Below, piece by piece: positions 11,626-22,443 of a stretch of 64,000 nucleotides of DNA. Position 1 is the first letter of the stretch. The number at the start of each line of letters is the position of its first letter. Origin of the DNA: Octopus sinensis (Eukaryota). The stretch is from contig NC_043012.1 of assembly GCF_006345805.1 (NCBI RefSeq), forward strand, positions 29,946,001-30,010,000, read 5' to 3'. Below the pieces are notes generated by a model. It searched no databases and was not told the origin of the DNA. It saw only the letters and a program-made list of their open reading frames with translations. The position numbers and the translations under genes were made by a program.

Positions 11626-12846
11626 TTGGGTTGGCAACAAAGTTCCTGCCATTTTTTTTTAAATTTTGAAATCTATTTTTTTTCGAGAATTCTATTTTTG
11701 AATCATTTTAGAATCTATTTTTTTTTTTAGTTAATTTTGGTTTATTTTCAGATCATTAAAATGGAATGTCAAGTTAAGAAAAACAAGCATTTTCGACACC
11801 ACCTCCTTTTTGCTTTTAATCAATGTTCTAAGGCCACAAAAGCTGCTTGTGACATTTGTGCTGTGTATGGAGATGGTACCATAGCTAAAAGAACTGCTCG
11901 TGATTGGTATGCCAAGTTCAAAAATGGAAATTTTGACCTCAAGGACGCACCTCGTTCTGGCCGTCCAATTGAGTTCGATGAAGAGCGATTAAACCAACTT
12001 TTGCGCGAAAATTCTCGTCAAACGACAAGGGAATTGACAGAGAAAATGGAATGCTACTACACTGCTATAGAGAAGCATCTTCACTCGATGGGAAAGGTTC
12101 AGAAGTATGGAGCACAGGTTCTGCATGCTTTAAGTGACAAAAACAAAAATCAATGAGCCACAATCTCTGCTGGTTTGCTTGCTCATCACCACTCAACTCA
12201 TGGACACAAGCAATGATTTCTTTACCAAATCATTACTGGTGACAAAAAACGTGCCTGTACATCAATACGAAGCAGCGTAAGGAATGGCTTTGCCCCGGTA
12301 AACAAGCAACACCCCACGTGAAACAAGATCTTCATCCGTGTAAAACGACGTTGTGCGTATGGTGGGACTGGGAAGGGATTATCCATTACGAATTGCTTGA
12401 ACGGAACCAAACAGTCAACGTGGAACTCTATGTTCAACAGATGGAACGACTCAACACGGCTATTCAAGAGAAAAGACCTAATCGTCAGCATGGAATTCTT
12501 CTGCTGCACGACAACGCCCGCAATCATATTGCCAATATGGCCAAAGAAGCCATTCAAACGCATGGCTGGGAAGTGCTGCCACACTCGCCATACCCTTCTG
12601 ATTTCCACCTCTTTCGATCTCTTTCAAATGCTATGCGCAGAGCTTCATTCAATACTGATGCAGAGTTGAGAGTTTGGTTGGGTCAATTTTTCGAATTAAA
12701 ATCGGGTAATTTCTACCAACGAGGTATTGAAAATTGGGAAGAAGTTGTAAACAACAAGGGTGAATACATTATTGATTAATTAGTTATATTAAACCTTTTA
12801 AAAAATTTAAATTTAGAAAAAGGCAGGAACTTAGTTGCCAACCCAA
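11626..12846 (+). mobile_element. Tc1/mariner (mariner family) DNA transposon, full-length, defective
   Basis: TIR TTGGGTTGGCAAC(A/T)AAGTTCCTGCC at both ends, flanked by TA (11624-25, 12847-48). Transposase fragments run from ATG 11761: RSGRP, IITGD, VWWD, LLHDNA, PSDF. Confidence 0.95.
11761..12779 (+). pseudogene. Mariner transposase pseudogene
   Basis: Stop at 12154-56, further stop and frameshift; WVPHEL degraded to QVLHAL and YSPDLAPSD to HSPYPSD. Confidence 0.9.
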
Positions 12847-14084
12847 TACATCCAGTGGAGCATGCTAGCTTTATTCCTCTCCAGTTTTCCTATGCTCTCT
12901 GCATTTAGGACCCACGTCTCAATACAATGTAGCATTGCTGTTCATATACATGCATCATACAAAGTTCCTTTTACTTGAAAAGAAACACTTTTGGTTCCTA
13001 ACAGCTTTCTCAATCCTATTCTTATTACACTCTCAGCACACTCTGCTAATCAGGTCTCACACTTATATACATAGAGACGAGTGTGCACGTACCCTTCTAG
13101 CATTCAAGATTTTCAGCCAATTCTGCAGTGGAGCCTGTATTTAAGACTCATCTCAACTCTTCAACATGTTTACTCTATTTCTTCTCAAACCTGTTCCATT
13201 CTGTCAACAAAATGCTTCATCAGTTCTTCGCAATCGTTCACATTTACCATTTTTAGGTTGTATTTTACATGATCCTTTTTATTTTTGTCTTGCCTTCCAG
13301 ACTCTTTCCCCATTTTTGGTTTGCTGCTTTGGAAGTCCTTTGTTGTTCATTCAGACAATACCCCACCCCCACACACTTCACTGATGATGATCAATGTACA
13401 TTAAGTGACGAGACAAAAGTCAGATCTGTGGAATGGGTCTGCAACTTGATATTGAGTAAAGGCATAACACATATTGGGGGAAATCTTCCAAGCATTTCAA
13501 AATGTGCTCTCACAGTTATGTATGTGCGTATATGTGTAAAAAAAACAAAACCATATACATATATGCATGTACATACATATATGTATACATCATTTAAGAT
13601 CCTTTTTTTCTATTTCTATATAATAGATATGTATACACACACAGATAGGCATATATACATGCATACACATAATCATTATTCTTATGTAATTTTTTTTAGG
13701 GAGAGCAAAAGGGAACAGCATGAAAAGATTTAACAAATTTCTTGAATTTCCAAATACAATATGTCCAGTTTATAAAATAGTCCTGAACCCACCTCATGTT
13801 CTTTAAAATCCTGCAACATCTTTAAGGACAGCAGTAGCAACTGTCTCTAACATAAGCACAAGCCTAAAATCGGTGGAAGGGCCTTGGGTAAGTTAACCAT
13901 ATATACACACACACATAAACTAGCTTATTGTATTGAATGTTTCCAGAGGGTTGAAATGTGAAAGTTGGTTTCAGCAGGATTCAGACTCAATGTCAAGAGC
14001 AAGGACAAACATTGCAAGGCAATTTGTCTCATGATTCTACCATTCCATCAACATAAATAACAATAATAATAATTGTTCTGTCCC

Positions 14085-16590
14085 AAGGCCAGCAATTTTT
14101 AGATGTGGGTTAAGATGAATAAACCAGCCCTTGGCCGGTTCTTATGCTGACTCCAAGATAATGAAAGACAAAGTCGGCCTTGGTGAGGTTTGAACTCAGG
14201 ACACACAGAGTAAGAAGAAATGCTACAAAGCATTTGGTCCACCCTGCTTCTGATTCTGCCAGTTCTTTACCTTAAGCCTTTTGTTATGGCATTTCTGTTG
14301 TATGGCACCCACTTTATTTCAATTAATTTTGAAAATAATAAAGAATTCACTAAAATATCTTGGTCGTTAAGAAGCTGGTAATTGGGATATAAATTAAACA
14401 TGGAATTTCAGTGGGAAATTTGTTATCATAGAGGCAAAGGCGGTCTTGTGTGGGTTAATAACAATAATAATAACAATTTCTAGCTTTGGCACATGGCTAT
14501 AAAATTTGGAGGAAAAAAATATGACAGGTACTTATGTTACTGCACCTACCCCTCCACCTCAAGTTATAATAAAGGCAGCTTTTAATCACAGAACAGGAAG
14601 GAATATAAATGAAATGTGTCCCTACCATGTCTGCCACACCACAACCCTATGTAATAATGATAATAATAATGGATTCAAATTTTGACACAAGGCCAACAGT
14701 TTTGGGAGTGGGGACACGTTGATTACATTTGAACCCATTGCTCAACTATTTAATTCATTGACCCCCGAAAGGCTGTGGCAGAATTTGAACTCGGAATGCT
14801 GCCAAGCATTTTGCCAGTTCACCACCTTGGGTGATAATAATAATAATAATAATAACAACAATGTTTCCTTTTTATTGAATTCAGTCAAAATTGAGCCCCA
14901 GTACTTATTTTCTTCACATCTGGTACTTTTTCTCTTTTGGTGAACCTCCAAGGACATAAACAAACCAACCCAGTTAACAAGTGGTATAATGACAGACACA
15001 CACACAAAAAGTAATATAAAATATGGATTCTGAGAAAATGTATGTGCATATGTGTGTATATATATATATATAAGTATATACATATATCTATCAGTATATA
15101 TATATAGTTAGTTTCTGTCGTCAGCCCAATTTGCACACAAAGCAAATTGGTTGGGACAAAGCTATTATAATTTCCTACATGAGAACAACAAGAACTGACA
15201 TGTCAGTATTTACAAGAGATGATCCAGGGCAGATAGGAATACGAAAGTTGGAAGGGTGAGATGAAGATCTTGCCTTCCACCCCACTCCCACCCCTGCAAC
15301 CATCCCAACAAAATAGTTTTGGAAATATACTCATCATAATCAATTTCAATGCTGGTGGTAGTAGTAGTAGTAGTAGTAACAGCAGCAGCATAAGTTGTAG
15401 TGGTAGTAATAGTAGTAGTTTTTGTTTCTGAATGGGGCACAAGGCCTGCAATTTTGAGGGAGGGGAAGAGGCCAGTGGATATCCATCAACCCCCACTATT
15501 TGAGTGATACTGCATTGTTTTTACCCCCAGATAGATGAAAGGTAAACATGGCACGGTTTGAACCCAGAACACTTTCGTGCCAGAAGAAATACCACAGGGC
15601 ATTTCGTTTGGTGCTCTACTGAGTCTACCATTCCCACCACCCAATAACTGTTTCTAATTTATGTACAAGGCCAGCAGTTTTAAGGGGAGAGGGTGTTTGT
15701 TGATACCCTTGACCCCCCCCCCCGTACTTGATTAGTATTTTATTTTATCAACTCTGAAAGGATGGCTAAATCAACCTGGACAAAATTTGAACTCCCAGCA
15801 TAAAGAGTCAGAAGAGATGCTATGAAGCATCTCATCCAGTCTGTTAAACAATTCGACCCACTCACCACCTTCACTATAATAATAATAATAATAATTCTTT
15901 CTACTATAGGCACAAGGCCTGAAATTTGGGAGGGGGGGACTAGTCAATTACATCGACCCCAATATTCAACTGGTACTTGGTTTATTGACTCCAAAAGGAT
16001 GAAAGGTAAAGTTGGCATTAGCAGAATTTGAACTCAGAATGTTAGGACGGACGAAATGCCACTAAGCTTGGCATGCTAACGATTCTGCCAAATAAGTTGC
16101 CAACCTGCAGAAAAGTGCCATCCTGTATCTTGAAAGAATTCTAAGAAATATTCTTGAGTTTTGAGGAGACTCATTGTCACTAAGCACCTTAAGATAACAG
16201 CCCTGCTAATTAAATTAACAGGTAACAGTTTTTGTAGAATAAAAAAGTAAAGATCTGAATGGCAAAGTTGGTCTTGAGATGATTTGAACCCAGAGAGTGA
16301 AGAACCATAACTAAATACCTCAATGCATTTTGATCAAACAATTCTGCCAATAACAATTTCTAAAATAATAATGGTTTCATATTTTGGCACAAGGCCAGCA
16401 ACTTTGAGTGGGGGAAGAGATAAAGAGCTGATACCATCAACCTCAATACGCAACTGGTATTTTGTTTTATCAACCTGAAATGATGAAAGGCAAGGCTGAC
16501 CACGGCACAATTTGAACTCAGAATGTGAAACACCAGAAGAAATACCACCAAGCACTTTTGTTTGATGCCCTAACAATTCCATTAGCTCAC
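14085..16590 (-). mobile_element. Head-to-tail cluster of about 8-9 copies of tRNA-derived SINE family A, separated by (AAT)n tails
   Basis: Repeated GGCACAAGGCC...ATCGACCCC...GAAAGGATGAAAGG...GAATTTGAACTCAGAA...TTCTGCC blocks; best copy 15897-16090. Confidence 0.85.
14272..14458. mobile_element. TTAA-flanked MITE, related to 52856-53032
   Basis: TTAAGCCTT...GGGTTAA; reverse complement aligns with the 52.9-kb copy. Confidence 0.5.
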
Positions 16591-17179
16591 CATCTTAATT
16601 ATAATAATAATAATTGTAATTATTTTGTCTTTAGACATAGGTTTGCAAAAGGGGGGAGTTTGTTCACTGCATAGTTCTTACAGAACTCAGCAAAAATATA
16701 AAAAAACATCATAGGTTAATGCACAAAAAAAATGGAAAAATAAAAAATTACAAAACAGAAAAAAACAATAAAAACATCAAATAAAGAAAATATTAACAAA
16801 AAAAGGAAAAAATGTGAATTTTAATATAAATAATTTATGGAAATATTGTAAAAGATATAAATGTAGAAAACAAAAGAAATTAAACAAGAAAAAAATAAAC
16901 ACTAATTAATGTAATTAAACAGAAAATTATTTAAAATTAGGGAGGAGGGTTATAGAACTGAACAAGTTTATGTCTTTAATATAATACATTTATATACACC
17001 TAAGTGTGTATATACACATGCTTATATATATACACACAAACACTCAATATATATATGTATATATAAATATATACACACACATACTTTTAGTAAGTTTATA
17101 GAACAGTGAGAGAATTAACACACGCATTCAATACATAGACACACAAGCAAAATTATATATTATATAAATATGCACATCC

Positions 17180-17210
<31 letters not shown>

Positions 17211-17869
17211 ATATATGTATATACATATTTGTATAATATATATACACATACATATATATTACATATTTGTATAATATATATACACATACATATATATTAC
17301 ATATTTGTATTATATATACATAACAAACATACTATCAAACATACATTCATGCACAAACGTATATATATGTGTGTGTTTGTGTAATAATACATATACATTA
17401 ACAGACTAATGTACATTCACACACACACACACACACACACACAAGTGAAAACTATAATCTTCCACCCACCCGCCCCCTTCCCACTTAACTGATAGAACAC
17501 ACCCAACATTCTTTCATATTCTCTTCTCTAAATGCTTTTGTAAGTCTGAAAGTTGTGCTACATGTATCAGCATATGTATAACATGTACGTATATCTACAT
17601 ATATTCACATACATATACACTTAACACACACACACACACAAGGAAAATTTTTCAATGCAGAGTTAATAAGAGCAATTAAAACTGTTATTCAACAGCCATA
17701 AACATATTCTACATCCGTCCACCCAAAGACAAACATTGCATCCACCCACCCGTATACATATACTGAGACATATGCACGCATGGCTTGCTGCCCCCATCAG
17801 CCTTTCAGTTGTTGATCCTGGTCAATAAAGACCCTCCATAGTCATCATCATCATCAACCAGACAACATT

Positions 17870-18093
17870 CTAGTCATCACTGTCACTGTCAGATTCAAGG
17901 TCCAGCCATTTGTTCTGTAACTGTCCAGTATTGACCGCATATTCTATGAGGGCTAGATGACAAAAGACGTATTGGTCAGGGACCTGGATGCTGAATGCTC
18001 TCTGGGAACGGATCTTACGTACAGTCTGGTATGTGTTGACAGTTCCAATGTCTTCCAGTCTGTGGATGTTGATGTCAATTGTGATTAAAGTAC
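17870..18093 (-). CDS. PTPN9: PTPN9 last coding exon (Q loop, stop TAG), 224 nt CDS
   Basis: tttcag|GTACTTTA; (G)[51 protein letters not shown]...SDSDSDD*. Confidence 0.95.
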
Positions 18094-18601
18094 CTGAAAT
18101 AGAAAAGACACAGAACTGAGGGTGGTGTGAATGGGGTATGAGGAACATAGAGAGGGGGGGAGGAGGTGATGAGGTCAGTTGAGGAGATAAGAAAAGCAGG
18201 AGCAAAACAGCAAGGCTGAGTGTGTGTGTGTGTGTGTGAGAGAGTTATTATATGCCTTTGCCCACGAATAACACCGAGAAAAGTTAAATCAGAAGTACTT
18301 GGTGAGCATGTGGTTCAATAGCCAGCTCCTTAAGAATGCAAACAACATCACACACACACACACACACACTATGCAGCATGTGGTACAGAAACGTGTACTG
18401 CACAGTTTGTGCTGCATTAAATGGTAGAAAGCTGTTGATGTTGTTTGTGCAAGTGATGCAAAACGGTAAGAAAATGTATTAGAACAAAGGTTAAGAATAT
18501 GAGAGAGATTCCATACACAAGCAGGTGTGTGTGTTTGTATGTATGGATGTGCATTTCCATGTGTGTGGACATGTGTCTCCATATGTGTCCTTGTGTGAAG
18601 T

Positions 18602-18639
<38 letters not shown>

Positions 18640-19684
18640 AGTGAGTGTGAGAGAGAGAAGTAGATAGAGAGGTACAAACATTACCGAGTGTTGTAACTAC
18701 ACCAATAGATTGCTGCTTTTGTTTTAATGATAGTTGAATGGGAAACCCAATACTGACCTGTACGCCCTATACCAGCACTACAATGAACCACAATAGGTGG
18801 ACCGAGTGGATGACCATGCCAAGAATCGCCCAAGTCTTGCACAGCTTCAGCCTGAAGTGTCCGTACTTTCGATAAGAATTGGAGAAATGCTTCTGCTTTG
18901 TGTGGGACGCCATAATCTGGCCATCGGATGAACTGCATGTGTTGTATGACTCTCTCCTCTCCTGTCTGTCAGTGAGAAAAACAAGAAGAAACAATCATCA
19001 AACGATCAGTTTTATATCATTCACAAAGCTTTGGTTGGGTCAGAGCTATAGTAGAAGGCATTTGCCGAAGATGTCATGTAGTGGGACTGAACTCAAAACC
19101 ATGAAGTCATTGAGAAGAAAACTTAACCACACAGCCATACCTGCATACACACACACATACATCTGTAAATGAAAGGAAGAATAAGTCGAATGCAATGATT
19201 GTTTCAAAAACACTTCAACTGTTTCTTACATAACATCATGAATGTCTCACAACCATCTGATGTACTTTCTCATCGGGTATATATTGACTGTTTGTGTGAA
19301 GGTGCATGGTCCAGTGGTTAGAGAGTAGAGCTTACAATCGTGAGTTTAATTCCCAGACCGGGCTGCGTGTTCTGTTCTTGAACAAGACACTTTATTTCAC
19401 ATTGCTCCAGTTCACTCAGCAGTAGAAATGAGTTGCGATGTCACTGGTGCCAAGCTGTATCGGCCCCTTTGCCTTTCCCTTGGACAACATCGGTGGTGTG
19501 TGGAGGGGAGGCTGGTATGCATGGGCGGCGACTGCTGGTCTTCCATAAAAACAAGCTTAGGTTGTACATTCGCCTGCCCAGACTTGTACTCTGGAAGGGA
19601 ACTTCTTAGGTGCACCCAGGGTAATTCGTGACCGACAGAGTCGAGTTTTTTCATATTGACTGTTTAGGTGAAAACAGTCCACCG

Positions 19685-19720
<36 letters not shown>

Positions 19721-20062
19721 TATATATAGTCAATTGAGGAGGTCCAGAGATTCCCTGTACAGAAGACACTTAGTAGTGCTCAAATAATTCAAACTTAGAC
19801 TCCTATGTCTTTACAGGAGATTCATTCCACAAGGTAAAGAATGGCTACACACACATAATGTTGAACCATTAACCCCTACACAATTTTTCTCTTCATTTTT
19901 TTTACCTTTCAATCCTTTCTGACAAAGAGCGTAGGTTTGAAACATCAAAGACCTTTCCGTTCTTCCCGAGCATTAAACTAATACACCTGCTAGTTGTTCC
20001 CTCACCTGCCTCCGTCTTTGTTTTCTGTAAGTTTGATATATATATATATATGCATACACACA

Positions 20063-20106
<44 letters not shown>

Positions 20107-21289
20107 GACAGTTATGAAGCATGCTGGTGCTGCTTACCTTATTGTTTTTCAGAATCAACGTAGACACCTGGTAATCCGAGCTCTGCTTCACACAGCTGTT
20201 ATGTACAACAAAATGGTCGTATGTCTCATATGTGTCGGTCTCCAACGGCCAATACTGTTCACACTTCAATCGATTTCTTTCCATTATTCTGAGAAAAGAA
20301 AGGAAAAAAAAAAGACAGAAAATAAGAAAACAAAATGCTGAAAGTGTAGTGGTTGGTTGTATAGTAGTGATGTGGTGATGTTCATGCTGTTCCACCTGCC
20401 ATCTCAACAGATCTATAATCAAAAATATTCTAGTCATGATCATTCTTACGTTTTTGTTGGGTTTTTTTTCATGCAAAGTAGACCCAAGACTACATTATCC
20501 AATGTGTCAGTTTACTTGTTAGCACATATGAAATTTAACAGAAAGTTGGCTTCTATTTCTAGCGAGTCAAGTTGTCCTTAATTGCTCTGAAGGAAGTCCA
20601 CTCGCTAATTCATGATGCAATGGATCATGGCTAAAATGTAAAATGACGGTGAAGTATGGTTAAGAAGGCACCACAGTTCTTTGGTAGATGTTTTTGTTGC
20701 CATTCTGCAGCCATTTGTCATTCTTCCAAAATCTACTGATGCTGTTTAACCCCAGGCCAAACCTGATCAAAAGGATCTCTGATGAAAGGCTTTATTCAGA
20801 CATAGTATATTTAGCACTATGGTAGGGTGTGGGGGTCTAGCTGTTATTTCTAGCAGCTTAAGTGACTGCTTAGAGGCTGTTGTATTGATTTCATGTTTCC
20901 ATGTATTTCTGTGGCCAAACTGGAGCAAACTGAGTTGCATGCCTGACCAAGGTGGTGTCTAAATACAATGTCTACAACAGTATGGTTTGAACTTATAACC
21001 AATATGATCAGACACCAAACACTATAACATCACAGCTGTAATGCTTCATCGTCCTGACACCAATGTCCACTTTTCCATGCTAGCATGGGTGGACAGGAGT
21101 TGATTACGATTCAGGATTTTATGCTTGGATATTCCACCTCCTCCTGTTGCCAGGACTCACCTGTTTCTCAGTTAAAGGACTTTTCTATTCTACAGGTTTT
21201 CCAAAGTGCAAACAGATTGGTCAGGTTGGCTGACAGACAATATCAACATCAGCACCACTTTCATGGAAAATATCAACTGTCATGCCGTT

Positions 21290-21321
<32 letters not shown>

Positions 21322-22397
21322 ACACACAGAAAAGATGGGCTCTGACCAGTTACCCTCGTAAGGCAATGGTCAGTCCAGCGCATTAATAGAAGACACTTGC
21401 CCAAGGTGCCATGCTGTGAGATTCAACCCAAACTGTATAGAGGTGAACATTTTAACCACAATAGCCATGGCTGTGTCTGTCTGTTTATAAGCCAGGCAGG
21501 CAGATGATATCAAAGGGAAATGACATAAGCTACATATAAACAAAAAAAGGGAGTTAAAACACCCACCTGGTTAACATAACTATAACAAGGCACTTCTGTT
21601 CCCAGACCATTCTCCAGAAATCACCAGTGGTTCTTGATAAACAACCTAATATAAACAATGATAAAAAGGTTAAATATATATAAGAGAAAGAGAAAGAAGA
21701 AGAAAGAATACTGTATGGTTACGAGGACAAACCAAGGCCAAAACATGTCCATAGCTTTCCCTCACCTTTGAAACAATGGTTAGGTTATGGATCCCAAGCC
21801 CAAATATGTTACTTTCAATTGTGAAATTCTTGATTTCTTCATGTATCCAGTGTTGTAACTACCACAAGGTTTTAGTTTCCCTTCTCTACTTACAAGAAAA
21901 ATCTTAAGAATTTATTATAGAAAGCATTCAGTATCTTCAATTTTCACATTGTTAGACAAACTTATGTCACTGGCTTTTTCAAGTGTGTATATGCATATAT
22001 CACGGGGTGCTCTCTTTGGGTACCCATGATATATATATACACACACACACACACATATATAGGAGTACACCATCAGTTACAACGACAAGGGTCCCAGCTG
22101 ATACAATCAATGGAACAGACTGCTCGTGAAATTAATGTGCAAGCGACTGAGCACTTCAGAGACAAGTATACCCTTAACATAGTTCTCAGGGACATTCAGT
22201 GTGACAAGGCTGGCCCTTTGAAATACAGGTACAACTCATTTTTGCCAGCTGAGTGGACTGGAATAATTTGAAATAAAGTGTCTTGCTCTAGGACATAAAT
22301 GCACTGCCAGCAATTGAACTCACAACCTTACGATTGTGAGCCACATACCCCAACCACCAAGCCATGCACCTTCACCATACATGTGTGTATGTATGTG

Positions 22398-22443
<46 letters not shown>

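Larger units (their letters stand above)
10875..13040 (-). mobile_element. Old, decayed RTE LINE 3' fragment with purine-rich (element C-rich) 3' UTR, split by a mariner insertion
   Basis: 11480-11625 and 12849-13040 align with the C-terminal RTE ORF of copies 1/2; 10880-11040 carries the GATGCCCTTC tail. Confidence 0.75.

Noticed and set aside
21785-21810. GGATCCCAAGCCC resembling the twister ribozyme core
   Set aside because: The required P1/P2 stems, pseudoknots and UAA cleavage context are absent
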